A stretch of 63,877 nucleotides of DNA, counting the filler, from Octopus bimaculoides (taxonomy: Eukaryota), in NCBI RefSeq assembly GCF_001194135.2. It is 4 parts of 4 records of this genome, joined end to end, with 100 filler letters (N's around TTAATTAATTAA, not from the genome) between each part and the next. Parts side by side here need not be neighbours in the genome. Positions count along the whole stretch, not along the records: positions 31,773 to 58,390 come from NC_068981.1; 3 more parts are not named here. The stretch is one strand, 5' to 3'. How positions within the stretch are numbered: position 1 is the first letter of the stretch; each line of letters opens with the position of its first letter. A model generated the notes under the pieces. That model ran no database searches. It was given only the letters and a program-made list of their open reading frames with translations, and was not told where the DNA came from. The position numbers were made by a program, and so were the translations under genes. This document shows positions 40,931-53,927 of this stretch, piece after piece.

Positions 40931-42201
40931 TATACATATATTAATATGTTTATGAAGTTAGATAGATATATGAAGGTAAAAATATACATATGTTTCGGTA
41001 TTCAGGAAAGAAGGTAGATCAATATGATGGTAGATAGTATTTGATACTCAATCTATTATATTTAGTGTGATGTATAACTATATAGTTAAAACTTCTGCAT
41101 TATAATTGTTATTCACTGTCATTTAATTTCATTTGATAAATTTTAAAATTCAATATAAACAAATTCAACAAACAGATTACTGAAATTCATTTCACAGGCT
41201 CTTTATCTGGTTATAGAAATACTATATTAATTAGTTTTTATATTTTTTCTTTTTCATATTCTGTTCTCTATCTTTCCTCAAACGCTTTAATTCTATTATT
41301 CTAACTCATTTGTGCATTATCTATAGCCAGTCATACAGATAGTTTTGAAATATTAATAATTCCAAAGTAAGAGTAACTTACTTTGGTGGAAAAACTCACC
41401 GAAAGTAAATAACGCTGGTTGCTGCCAAATCGCCAGAACAATTAGCATCAATGAAGAAGAACTTTAGTGAAGGCATGTAATTTAACAAAATGAGATGGAA
41501 CACTCATATATTACATCCGATGTTGTGCAGGTCATCATTATTAAACTGACAGTCATAGGAATCTATGAAAATTCTTCTGAAATTTTATTTCTGCAGCATT
41601 CATACTACATGCCTGCACCATCCCTTCATTTCTTTTGCCTCTTCTTGCTACTCCCACTACTTCTACTCCTCTTCACTCTCTTCTGTACATTAGTTTGCTT
41701 ATAGTGTGATATTATTGTACAGTGATATCAGATATCTACTGGATAGCCATGACTAATAATCAATAGATATCTTATTAGGTTAAATTATTTGTTCAAGCAG
41801 AGTTAGTTACTTCCTCCTTTTTCTCTCCTTCTCTCTTTCTGGAATGAACTGTTGTATAATTCTACCTTTTTGGAAAACTTGTTGAATTTGTGTGTGTGTG
41901 TGTGTGTGTGTGTGCATGCACGCGCATGCATTTGTTTGCATGTGTATAGGTGTGCACGTGTACGCATTTGTGTGTTGATACATTTTTCTCTAGAGATAAA
42001 GAATTTCTTCACTGCTATCAGCTTCACATACATACATTGTAGACATATATACATGCATGCACACACACACACACACATGCACACTCACACACACGTATAT
42101 ATGCATATATATGTACATACATGTATGTGTGGGGATGCATGGGTATATATATACATATACCAAAATATGTACACAAACATTATGCACATATACATATGCC
42201 T

Positions 42202-42252
<51 letters not shown>

Positions 42253-42284
42253 TACATATATATATGTCTACACCAGTGTTGCAT

Positions 42285-42825
42285 AACCAGCCCATGTAAA
42301 AAGTACCTTTGAATCGTTAGGCAACATTCTGTGCTCGAGGAGACTTATTGAGTCAAGTAAAATCAAAATGAAAATCAAATCAAATTACAATGAAATGGAA
42401 ATTGTAGTTGTAGCCGATGCCAGTGCTACCTGACTGGCTCCCATGCTGGCGGCACACAATAAACACCATGCATGCTTGGGCCGTTGCCAGTTCTGCCCGA
42501 CTGGCTCCTCATGCTGGTGGCAAGTAAAAAGCACCATCCAAATGTGGTTGCTGCCAGCCACCCGGCCCGGACTGGCTCCTGTGCCGGTAGTATGTAAAAA
42601 GCACCATCCGAACGTGGCCAATGCCAGTGCCGCCTGACAAGCTCCTGTGCCAGTGACACCCACTACACTCTCGGAGTGATTGGCATTAGGAAGGGCATCC
42701 AGCTGTAGAAACACTGCCAGATCAGACTGGAGCCCAGCGCAGCCTCCTGGTTTGCCAGTCCCCAGTCAAACTGTCCAACCCATGCCAGTATGGAAAACGG
42801 ACGTTAAGCGATGATGATGATGACA
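42285..42825 (+). mobile_element. RTE-type 3' UTR with internal ~60-65 bp tandem units and (GAT)n tail
   Basis: Repeats of gactggctcc.gtgc.ggtggca.gtaaaaagcaccatcc; ends ccatgccagtatggaaaacggacgttaagcgatgatgatg. Confidence 0.75.
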
Positions 42826-43299
42826 TACACGCATACATAATGTTTGATAGTTCAAATTTTCCATGTGTGATACTTTAGGCAACAAAAGAGAGAAATGGAA
42901 GAATTTATTTAAGGAATTAAGTAATACATAACTTAGAACACGTCAAATTGTTTGATTGCCATTGGTCATGTTGGTGGATTTGACCATGTGAGAGATGATG
43001 ACAGAGGATGTTTCCAATCACCAACATGGTTATATCAAGTCTGTCATCAGAGGGAGCATGTAGTTTCAGCCAAGGATAGTTTACATAGAACAGATGTTCT
43101 ACAGGTGACAATGTGCATGTCTATATGAATGTGTGTGTGTGTGTGTCTGTCTGTCTCTGTGTGTGTGTGTTTCATGTCCATTGACAGTGGATTCCTCTGG
43201 GCACAGTGACGCAACCCTTCTAGAAGAGCAATAAGTTAATACAAATTGATACATGGTAAAGGGTGCTTTGTCATCTAGGTAATCAACCACTTCAGTGCT

Positions 43300-43508
43300 A
43301 GTTGCACAATAGAATGCTTTGAATCCATCATTGGTGATGGAAGGGCATCAAGCTGTAAAACCTGGAAGTACAAGAACAACAATAATTTCTCCGTTTTTCT
43401 TTGTTACTGTGTATTAAATGACAAGCAACAAGTTGTGAGATATTGTGCTGGAACACACTTGTCAAAGCCCATGCTGGCATAAAAAATAATCTAAAACACC
43501 CAAGGCCT

Positions 43509-43565
<57 letters not shown>

Positions 43566-43566
43566 C
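43300..43566 (+). mobile_element. Degenerate RTE-type 3' end with long (GAT)n tail
   Basis: ggaagggcatcaagctgtaaaac...cccatgctggcat..(gat)n. Confidence 0.55.
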
Positions 43567-43942
43567 AACGATATCGATGAGAACAACAATGATGACAAAG
43601 ACACAAACATAAGGAGACATGCATATGCATGCATACACAAGCACAGTGATTTTTGTAAATTCCCCCCACCATTCTCGTGAAAGGCAAGATTCTATGTTAT
43701 TAACTGCATCTTAGTAAATGAACCATTTATTTTGATATCCCAGGAAGGTCGTTATGCCAAAAACCTCCGAGTTACAAGGATGCAAATCAACCAACAATGG
43801 TTGTCAAGCTGTGGTAGGGTGTTAATTATTGGCATAATACCCTCTCATGGTACAACAAAATTTCTTTTCAACACATGAGTTCACATCAAGAATCTTGCAA
43901 ACCATTTATTGGTTTAATAAAATATTCATTTAAGTTTCCATA

Positions 43943-44352
43943 GGCGTAGGAGTGGCTGTGTGATAAGTAGCTTGCCTATGAACTGCATGGTTCCAGGTTC
44001 AGTCCCACTGCGTGGCACCTTGGGCAAGTGTCTTTTACTATTGCCTCGGGCCGACCAAAGCCTTGTGAGTAGATTTGGTAGACAGAAACTGAAAGAAGCC
44101 CGTTGTATGTATGTATATATATATATATGTGTGTGTGTGTATATGTTTGTGTGTCTGTGTTTGTCCTCCCAACATCGTTTGACAGCTGATGCTGGTGTGT
44201 TTATGTCCCCATAACTTAGTGGTTCGGCAAAAAAGACCGATAGAATAAGTACTAGGCTTACAAAGAATAAGTCCTGGGGTCGATTTGCTTGACTAAAGGT
44301 GGTGCTCCAGCATGGCCACAGTCAAATGACTGAAACAAGTAAAAGAGTAAAG
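43943..44352 (+). mobile_element. SINE family B, full length (tRNA-like head, CORE-like domain, internal TA/TG microsatellite)
   Basis: ggcgtaggagtggctgtgtg...ggttcagtcccac (B box), gtggcaccttgggcaagtgtctt (CORE-like), tail cagtcaaatgactgaaacaagtaaaaga; possibly one of the published octopus OK/OR SINEs (not verified). Confidence 0.9.
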
Positions 44353-44627
44353 AATTAACCACATAACTACACTTTCTCTACCTACTTGCTGACTTTACAT
44401 TGAATACTGCACGCTCATCTCCATTACTTCATCATTTTTGTCTTCAGTCAATAAAACTTTGTAGTCTTTTCTAATCCACTGAATTCTTATCTTATTTCCA
44501 TATCTAAATATTTGGGTACAGTCATGGTTGTGCAGTTAAGAAGTTTACTTTTATAACTACATGGTTTCATGACCCACTTACACTCTTGTATAGACATATA
44601 CACAAATTCACACCCATTCAAATATAT

Positions 44628-44846
44628 TCTTTTACATGTTTCAGTCATTTGACTGGTGCCATGCTGGAACACCACTTTTAGTCAAACAAATCGACCCTAG
44701 GAATTATTCTTTGTCAGCCTAGTATTTATTCTATCAGTCTCTTTTGCCGAACCGCTAAGTTTTGGGGACATAAACACACCAACATCGGTTGTCAAGTGAT
44801 GGCTGGGAGTACAAACACAGACAGAAAGACACATGCACATAAATAT

Positions 44847-44906
<60 letters not shown>

Positions 44907-45030
44907 GACGGGCTTCTTTCAGTTTCCATCTACCAAATCCTCTCACAAGACTTCGGTCAGCTTGAGGGTATAGTAGCAGACACTTGCCCAAGGTGCCACA
45001 CAGTGGGACTGAACCCGGAACCATGTGGTT
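44628..45030 (-). mobile_element. SINE family B, near full length, inverted relative to the 43943 copy
   Basis: Reverse complement aligns along the whole 43943 copy except the extreme head. Confidence 0.9.
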
Positions 45031-45221
45031 ACCACACAGTAATTCTCACAATGATCATCCATAAATGTCTCCAAATATACATAAATGTTTCCACACGCAT
45101 ATATATGTAAAACATATGAAGTAGATTACACTACCCACACACACATATACACACACATTCATCATTATACTTTTACAAGTAGATCTCACACATTGTGTTC
45201 ACTCGTTCATAGTCCACATAA

Positions 45222-45260
<39 letters not shown>

Positions 45261-46529
45261 GATGCACATGAAGTAAAAGACACATAACATACAGAGAAAG
45301 ATATGTATATAAACACCCAAATACTGACACATATAGACTACTGTTTGAAGTAAATATAGTTTTAAGTTGTTGACTTTCTGTAATTTGTTAAAGCAAACAG
45401 ATGTATGAAAGGAATGTCAGTAAAATGTTTGTGGTGAAGAATGATTGTCTTCACCACCTCCCTCTACATTTAAGCTTCACTTGTTCTACTATTTGGTCTC
45501 CAGTAACAGAGAGATTAGTTTTGTCTGTTGGGCATTGGAGTAGACCAGGCAGTGGTAAAGAATGTTCTTTCATGTAGATTTCTAGGTATTCCTCTGCTTA
45601 TCATTAACATGCATGGTCAAACTCTTTAAATTAATGAAACATGAACCTCCAAGTTGGCTCTTTCTTCAGAAACCTTTTCTTAGCTTATTGATCTAATTTC
45701 TGTTCTGTGTCTTTTGCAGTTGATGCTATTTTCTTTATAGAATGCCAGAGTGAAGATAAGATCGTTATTTCCCTTCACTTTTGTTACAAAGATAAGAATT
45801 TGTTTGAAATAATGCAAAAGAGTTTTTAAGTATTTCCAATGTTCATTTTTAAAAACAAATTCTTTACAATATTTCCTACCAGTAGAATATTAAAAAAAGA
45901 AGAAAAGAAAAACTCAATTTACAGTTGCACAATATATTTAATCTGATTAAATATCTTTTATATCTGAGATAAATTGTTATTAATTTGCAATTTTTCATTA
46001 TTTTTAAAAGAATTTTTAGCACAGACATTTTTCAGTACATAAGAATTATCTTAACTAAGATAGTTAAGATAAACTAATGAAACATGAACCTCTAGATGGT
46101 GAATGTAGTAAACTTGAAAGTCTTAGCTATTAATGAGGTGCCACTGAAGTCCAACAGAATAAAGAAATGATCATATTCTGCTCACTAAAGTGGGGCATGT
46201 AAAGTGGAGTATGTACAGGAAGTTTAGTAGTTGTAGTTGTTTAGCTTCAGTTCGCCCTAATCAAGTAGTCCCATAATAAAAGATGTTCCAGCCATGACTA
46301 ACCTGCCTTTTATTCAGATATAGCATGCATTGAACTGCATTTGAGTCTTTCTTTTTTAGTATCTAGGAGATTTGGTTGTTATTTCTTGCAGGTTGAACAA
46401 CCAAGTAATGGTTTTCATGTTGACTTGAGATAGTAGAGTACATAGAGAGTAAATATTGAGTACATAGTACCATCGATTAAGTATAGAAAAATGTGCAATG
46501 GCATCTTTGGTAAACAGATTATAAACCAA

Positions 46530-47285
46530 CGTTGGAGGAGGTTTGAGAGTTTTTACCTCTGTTGGTAATCAAAGGTCTCCCTCTCTCCAAGTGAAGGGAA
46601 GATTGTATGATACATGTGTACAAACTATGCTACATGGTAGTGTGACATGGACTCTGTATGCAGTGGACATGCGAAGGCTGGAGAGAAACAAAGCTGGTAT
46701 GCTCTATTGGATCTGTGATGTCACTGTGAATGTGCAACAGAGCATTGGTGTATTGAGAGAGAAGTTGGGTATAAGAGGGATTATATACAGTGTGTAAGAG
46801 AGGAGACTTCTGTTTTTGGTCATGGGATGAGAACAGTTGCATAAAGAAGTGCCGATCACTTAAAGTGGAGGGAAGTTGTGGAAGAGAGGAACCCAGGAAG
46901 ACATGCAACGAAGTATTGAAGGCTGATCACAAAATCTTGAGCCTTACAAAGGAGATGACAGAGGACTGAGATATGGAGCACATTGTTGTACTCAAGAAGA
47001 CCTATCCACCACAACAGAATTGACATCCTAAAACCAAAGTGCCACATAAAATGCATTGGTGTGGGTGCTGGTGCCACGTAAAAAGCACTAATGATGGTGC
47101 CATATAAAAAATACCTAGTATAATCTATAAAGTGATTGGCATTAAAGGTATCCAACTGTAGAAACCAAACCTATACAGACTACGGAACTTGGTGCAGCCC
47201 CTGGCCTTACCAGTATCTGTCAAGCTGTCCAACCCATGCCAGCATAGAAAACAAATGTTAAATGTTCAAGATGATCATCATCAAA
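46530..47285 (+). mobile_element. RTE-clade LINE 3' fragment: ORF C-terminus plus 3' UTR
   Basis: ..KGRLYDTCVQTMLHGSVTW..MRRLERN..MLYWIC..LREKLGIR..ERRL..FGH..KKCRSLKVEGSCGR..PRKT..EV; UTR matches the 39.7 and 42.3 kb copies. Confidence 0.9.
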
Positions 47286-48114
47286 TCTAAGATAACAAAT
47301 AAGGCAACCTATACAGGGTTTATTTTATCTGGTACAAATAGCAGCCAAATTTCCCTCCAATTACATCCCCACCATCTTAACAAGGGAGGGGCCCAGTACA
47401 TAATGTATTCCCAGATATGCCATGCAAAAGAAAGGGTAGGATGGTCATGAATATTTGACACCTTTGATCATCGGTCAAGGCATGGCTGGGTATAAACAAC
47501 GAATACTAGCAGTGTAAACAATGAAGAACTGGAAACCTAAGACTGCTCTGATGGTTTCTTGAAGATAAATTATTTCTGAGTCTGAGATAGCAATCATGGA
47601 GTTGTTTGGTTATTTACACAAAAATACATATCCTGCAGCAAAAATAAATATTCTGAAACCAACATTAAACAGTACCCACCAAGGATATCAGTAACAGAAT
47701 TATCATAGCTACAGTCGAATCAAATCAAGACATTCAAAATACGACTGGCCAGTCAGGAGTTTAACCACCAGACATATACACCACCACCCTTTAAAACAGC
47801 GACTACAAAACTAATGAAGTGAACTCTGTATGTCACAATTTATCAGAAATGTTGATTTAGGTGTATTTCATAAACAATCTGTTGAACAATCATTAACTCT
47901 TTGGATACCAATCTACCTGAGACCACTTCTGATTCTATCTGTAATGTCTCATTTTAAAGTGTTCCAATTCAAATTAAACATTTCATTATCATTTATCATT
48001 GTCAAATTTTTAATTCTCAAATACCAACTTCGGTTGTACATTTTATGTCACCTCTTCTATGCTAGCATAGGTCGGAAGAGTACTTATTTCAGGCTGTATT
48101 TTTATGACCAGATG

Positions 48115-48170
48115 CTCTTTCCTCAGTGACTCTTTCCTCAGTGACTCTTTCCTCAGTGACTCTTTCCTCT
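48115..48170. repeat. 15-bp tandem repeat, about 3.7 copies
   Basis: ctctttcctcagtga repeated. Confidence 0.9.
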
Positions 48171-48379
48171 GTTACAGGTAGGGAAGGTTTGTTTCACGAG
48201 CACAGAGACATGAAATATAATGCTCATGGGGAATGTAAACTTAACAACATCATGTTTTGCACTCAGATGATCAGCAAAAAGAGGAGATGATAACTTTCAC
48301 ATATACCCACATATGCACGCATGTGCACACACACACATACACTTATCTATATATGTGTATGCACGTGTGTGTATGTGAA

Positions 48380-48560
48380 GGCACATGGCCTAGTTGCACT
48401 CATGATCGCTACATCATGAGTTCAATTCCCAGACCAGGCAGCATGTTGTGTTCTTGAGTAAAGACTTCATTTCACATTGTTGCACTCCCCTTTTGATCAA
48501 AGGGAAGCGGTGGCCTGCACACCAAGCCAGTGGCATCATTCGATGGCTAAAACAATGTAA
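48380..48560 (+). mobile_element. SINE family C copy, partial
   Basis: gcacatggcctag...gagttcaattcccagaccaggcagcatgttgtgttcttgagtaaagacttcatttcac. Confidence 0.7.
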
Positions 48561-48589
48561 TATCTTATAGTCTGTAAATTATAGGTTTC

Positions 48590-48730
48590 CATGCAGTTTC
48601 CAGCTACCAATTTCACTCACAAAGCATTTGTTGTCCTGAAGTAAAAGCAAAAGACACTTGGTCAATGTGTCATGCAATGGGATTGAACCCTCCATATGTC
48701 TGTGAAGCAAAGGTCTTAACTATACAGCCA
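48590..48730 (-). mobile_element. SINE family B head, degenerate
   Basis: cagtttcc..ctaccaatttcactcacaaagc...gacacttg...gggattgaacc. Confidence 0.6.
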
Positions 48731-51700
48731 TAGGATGAAAAATTTGATTTGCTAAATTTCTTCAAATTCTTCATTGGATTTGAAATTAACTGAAACATAT
48801 GAATAATGCATATTATTAGAAATACACAACTTATATGTTTCTCTGTATTTTTAGACTTAACACCATAGAACTTCTAATTTATGATTGTAACCTCAAATAC
48901 TTATGTAATCTACATGACATTAATTAGCTGGAGAAGAGAGTTAATAAGAGTATAATGTTAATGATATAAGGTGGGCAAGAGACATTTAGGGAACTAGTGC
49001 CCTTGCTTAACTGACCTATATTAGATAACCTAATTAGCTGGAATGTGTGAGAACCTTTTAGAAGTTTAATGTTAAAGCTACAAGATTGGTAGGACACATT
49101 CTAGTTGACTACTATCCTTAGGTGTGTTATATAAAACTTTATCAGTTACATAATGTTGTATAACAGGGAGACAAATATGCAGACTAAATATTTTATGTGG
49201 TTTGAGAATGAGAGATTTATGTATGACACAATATAGAGGGATGTGTGTATGGCCTAATGGAGATATAGTTATTTGAGTGACTCATATAGATATTCAATAT
49301 AGATGAATGAAAGTAAACTAATGAATCTATGATAGCATATGAGTTACTCATGTTGAGATGCAATGTAGAAGAATAGGTATGATTTTTGATGTAGAGCACT
49401 GCAAATTACAAAGAAGGAACCTTGTTTCTAGATTAGGAAAAAGTAAACTAGCTTTTGTTCTATTAGTGAGATATTTGTTAAAATATAACCAGGATATTAA
49501 ATATATATATACTCTTTCTGTGGTTGATTTCTTTTACACAGTGATGTAATCCGATGAGAGACTCTCTATACAGTCTTTTGACATGCTACATCCTCTATAT
49601 CAGTGATTCTCAACCCTTTGTCTCTCCCTTGACTTTCTGTGTTATACCATTTACTCATATATAAAAATATACACAAATAATCATTATATTTGAAAGCTGA
49701 TGTCATTGCCTACACACTATCTTTAAGATAGCATGTTACCACAAGTATTATGCTAAGCTAATCATAAAAATACTTTTGAAGAAAATTCATATTATATTTG
49801 ATAATAAAACAAATTAAAAATCATACAAGGCACATATAGTCCAAGTGCTGCAGGTTGTCCCATATCCGATTATTGAAAGTATAATATTGTAAGAGTGATT
49901 CATGTAATGACATAATTTAGGGTGTTGATAGTTGTATGATCTAATGATTATACAATGTGATGTGAGTGATTCAATGACTTCAAATGAAGCATTCAGAATG
50001 AAGACTGTACATAGTATAGACATGATGCATGCTTGGTAAAACAGCTGCTGGTAGGTGATACATGGTGCTGTTGGCCATACTAGACACATGATGTAATAGT
50101 GGTATTGGTGAAGAATTAGGTATGTGGTGCAGCAGTACTGTTGAGTACACGGTGTAGTGATTGATGGTAGTGGTGGAAATGGTTGCATAGTATAGGTGCT
50201 GGCAATAGGTACACAGTATAGTAGTAATATTGGGTGCATGACTTTATGGTGTATTCTGGGATATTCTAGACTACATTATTCAATGTTTCTTCAGTAAGGT
50301 ATGATTTTACGAAGATCTGCTACTATTTCTAGCAGGTCAGACAACTGCATAGAGGCTTCCTTATTGGCTGATGGTAGAGCTGAGGTATTGATGGTATGTG
50401 TGTATTCAACTCAAGTTGATATAAGACTGCTTTCTTGTACACCAAAGCAATCAACATATTATTGAACTAAAAGCTCTTATTTTTTAGTAAATTGAAAGAG
50501 AAAACTATGTCAACTGACATAGGAATTGGCAGGAGAAAAGGGCATAGGGAGTTCCTTGATAAAGTGGTAATATAGTTAGTTGCAGATAATAGACTAACTC
50601 TTGCCTTTTCTCCTAGGAAGCTGGCCATATTGGGTAAGATACTTAACCTGTAGCCCAGTTTAACACTACCATCTGATTCTGAGAGCCTCTGATTAAGTTC
50701 CTTCTGTTGTCAACTTTTGGACCAGATCACCAATCTGAAAATAACTCCCTCCCTTCTTTTCTCCAGTCTCCAAGGCCCTTAAAAGAGGTATTCTGCATTG
50801 TACAGCCTCTGTTGACAGGTTGCTGATTTTTAAATCTTGAATTGTTAATAGAAATGCTGCATTGATCTGCTATTAATAAGTATTTTTTTAAAATCAAGAC
50901 CAAAGTTTGTAAGAGGAAATTTGGAGTTTATAAGAGAAAGTTGGGAGTCTGTAGAAAGGAAGTTTAAATAACACTGCCATTCTTTGGAGAAAAGAGAAAT
51001 GTGAATTTCTTTGAAGAATATTTATGCCTGAAATGTTGGAAGTTGCCTCTTCTCACACAAGTTCATTTATATTAAACTGTATTTGTTGGTTTTAGTAAAT
51101 GCAGATCATCACTAGTTACTTTCAATCTTTTTTGTTTTTTTCTGTTTTCCTCTTTGAAGTTCACAAAGTTGATTTAATTAATCACAATATATATAATCAT
51201 ATAAATTCATACACACACATATACATTTGTCCTTTGGTTTACATGGTAGATTGGTTCCATGAGTCACCATGCAAATTGAAATCATATAAAATGAGGTAGA
51301 TATGTTTTGAATATTATTAATAAAAAAAAAAGCATTAATAAAGTTTAAGCATTTATTAAAATGTAGATGATAAAATATATAATGATAGTGTGTGTGTATG
51401 TGTATCTATAAATATATATTTATATAAAATCTATCATCATTATCATCATCTTTTAACATCCATTTTCCATGTAATGTATGTATGTAGGTGATGTATGTAT
51501 ATATGCATAGCATCATCATCATCTGCATGTATACATATATATTTATATATATATATACATACATTACATAATGTATGCATATGAATATGTATGTATGTTT
51601 GTATATCTATACATGTATCAATTCAATTTAGGTATTAACCTTGTAGTTTTATTTGCAATAAAATGTGTTGCTCACTCCATTCTCCTTCTTTATATATAAA

Positions 51701-52569
51701 TGTATGTATGTATGTATGTCTAAATAATATGGGTGCTGTCATAATATCATATCTTATCTTTTGTACAAAATAATAGAACTTTCACTGTTTGTATAATGGC
51801 TTATGACAAATGTATGATGTGTATTTTAAAGTTACTGAAAATCCAGTGATTATACAGACTCTGATTTTTTTTTTTTGTTTTTTTTTTTTTGTTCCTTTCA
51901 TATAATTGTTCTAACAGTTGTGTCAGTTATATTAAACTGTTTTGTAGTTTCTGTTGAAGACTTTCCTTTTTGAAGTTTTATATATATATTAATTTTCATT
52001 TCCAAAGAAATCAACTTTCTTCGCATTTGAAACTCTGTTATTCAACCTTGTAAATATTTAACAAAATATAAACAAGATATTTGTAACTTAAGCTTTAGTT
52101 TAGAATATGGTCTGCCTCACAGTTGAAGAAGAGAAATGAAGTAAAATGAAAGAGAAACCGAAAACCAAAGGGGAAACAATGAAATAGTGTTTCTGTAAAT
52201 TCAAAGTAAGAAAAGAAGTAAATAAATATGAAAACAAAATCAGAAACATTATTGGGCCAAAATCATGCTAGCGTGTGTATATACAATTGTGTAAATTGAA
52301 TTTTCAATTTCCTCATTAAAAATATATATATTTATTTATACATTCTGCACATATATTGAGTCCACTTTACTGTAAAGGATACTTAGTATCGTCGTCATTG
52401 TTTAAGGTCTGCTTTCCATGCTGGTATGGGTTGGACGGTTTGACTGAGAACTGGTAAGTATATATAGATATATACATGATGGGCTTCTTTCAGTTTCCAT
52501 CTACCAAATCCACTCACGTAAATATTGGGTTATCCCATAAATAATGCAGTTTTTTTTCAATAGCATGAA

Positions 52570-52660
52570 CTAAATGTTGGAGGAGGCAGGATAAACTACC
52601 TGCATTAACTTGCTATAATAGCAGATAGTAATGAAGACATGCGTAGGCTCGAAAGAGTCC
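52570..52660 (+). mobile_element. Very degenerate non-LTR RT fragment around motif 5
   Basis: NVGGGRINYLH*LAIIADSNEDMRRL resembles GG..INNLRYADD..LIADSE..LQRL with YADD lost. Confidence 0.4.
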
Positions 52661-52949
52661 ACTTGGATGTATAGGGTGAGAAAGACAGACATCATGATAG
52701 ACAGAAATGGGTTGTGAGTGAGTGGATTGAAGAGAGAGGAGAACTCACAACCCATTTCTGTCTGTCTTGATGTCTGTCTTTCTCACTCTATACACTCACA
52801 TGGACCATTTACATGCTAGCTAACCACTTGATCCATTACTTCAACATAAACACATCATCCAAAATACTGCCTGGATTTACCTGGGATTATACCTAAGGGC
52901 CCATACCTTCATGGAAGTATGGACGAGCCTCTGGAAAAAGATGAACTGT

Positions 52950-53319
52950 GAACTTTATTCTCCTGTCTGTATTCTTTCATTTTATTCCTTATAAACTGTA
53001 AACTGTCATACATACTCACCTTGTCTCTGATGACGGAATACCCAGTGTACGGACATGCTAGCCTATCACTTGGGATATCCCAGAAACAGCTGTAAGACTT
53101 CAAATTCATCTTACCCTAATTAAATTATTCTAAATGACTTGAGACACTCATCCTGCCTTGGTTTTTGTCGTCCTTTTCCCTCTAATATATTATATACCTG
53201 CTGATACAGATCCCTTGCTCCAGCCTTAGCTGTGAACTTGGAACCTAATAGATGACCTATCATAGCACTTACTTACCTATTTGTTTTGATCACCAGTGAA
53301 CTAAACCTGTCATATTCTT

Positions 53320-53325
<6 letters not shown>
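52950..53325 (+). mobile_element. PLE-type terminal repeat (pLTR-like) with hammerhead
   Basis: Homologous to 31860-32260, which lies downstream of a PLE ORF fragment. Confidence 0.7.
53023..53098 (+). ncRNA. Type-I hammerhead ribozyme, catalytic core intact
   Basis: Stem I GTCT/AGAC; CTGATGA 53027-53033; long imperfect stem II; GAAA 53083-53086; palindromic stem III ACAGCTGT; GUA triplet with predicted cleavage after 53094. Confidence 0.8.
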
Positions 53326-53356
<31 letters not shown>

Positions 53357-53384
53357 TCATGCATACATATATGTGTATGTACAT

Positions 53385-53545
53385 ATATGACAGGCTTTTA
53401 TACAGTTTGCATATTCCAAATTCACTTACAAATCACAAGATGGATCAGTAATTTAATGGAAGATACTTACCTGAGGTGCTGTGCAGTGGAATTGAACCTG
53501 ATACCATGTGGTCGTGAACCAAAGTTTTTAACCACACGGTCATGT
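53385..53545 (-). mobile_element. SINE family B head, degenerate
   Basis: caggcttt..tacagtt...gtgcagtggaattgaacctgataccatgtgg. Confidence 0.55.
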
Positions 53546-53764
53546 CTATATGTGTCTACTATTTTAGCACAGAACTTTGTCAATGAACAGGTCGTGGTCT
53601 CAAAGCGACGAAAATATTTTGACAAATTAAATTTAAATGTTGAAGTGAATCTAACGGTTTTTGTGTGTTATTTTAAATGGCTTATAAACACCTTCCGCGC
53701 TGCAATTGTTTTCATTCCAGCACACGATCTCAGATCAGGTCACTTGCTATGCAAGTACATCTCC

Positions 53765-53927
53765 GTATAGGAGTGGCTGTGTGGTAAGTAGCTTGCTTAC
53801 CAACCACATGGTCCCGGGTTCAGTCCCACTGCGTGGCATCTTGGGCAAGTGCCTTCTACTATAGCCTCGGGCCGACCAATGCCTTGTGAGTGGATTTGGT
53901 AGACGGAAACTGAAAGAAGCCCGTCGT
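53765..53927 (+). mobile_element. SINE family B, young copy truncated by gap
   Basis: ggagtggctgtgtggtaagtagcttgc...gaaactgaaagaagcccgtcg. Confidence 0.9.

Noticed and set aside
42640-42715. HDV-like ribozyme fold in the RTE 3' block
   Set aside because: P1/P3/P1.1-like pairings can be drawn, but P2 is only about 3 bp and J4/2 is non-canonical
45455-45594. Minus-strand open stretch EEYLEIYMKEHSLPLPGLLQCPTDKTNL
   Set aside because: Weak acceptor, no convincing donor, and a length compatible with chance
50600-50640. 17-nt plus-strand micro-exon (ctcctag|...GG|gtaaga)
   Set aside because: Not frame-preserving, and the region looks more like an RTE 5' UTR remnant on the minus strand
52522-52560. 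Mariner-like TIR (tattgggttatcccataaataatgc)
   Set aside because: No partner TIR found in the window; only a solo remnant at best
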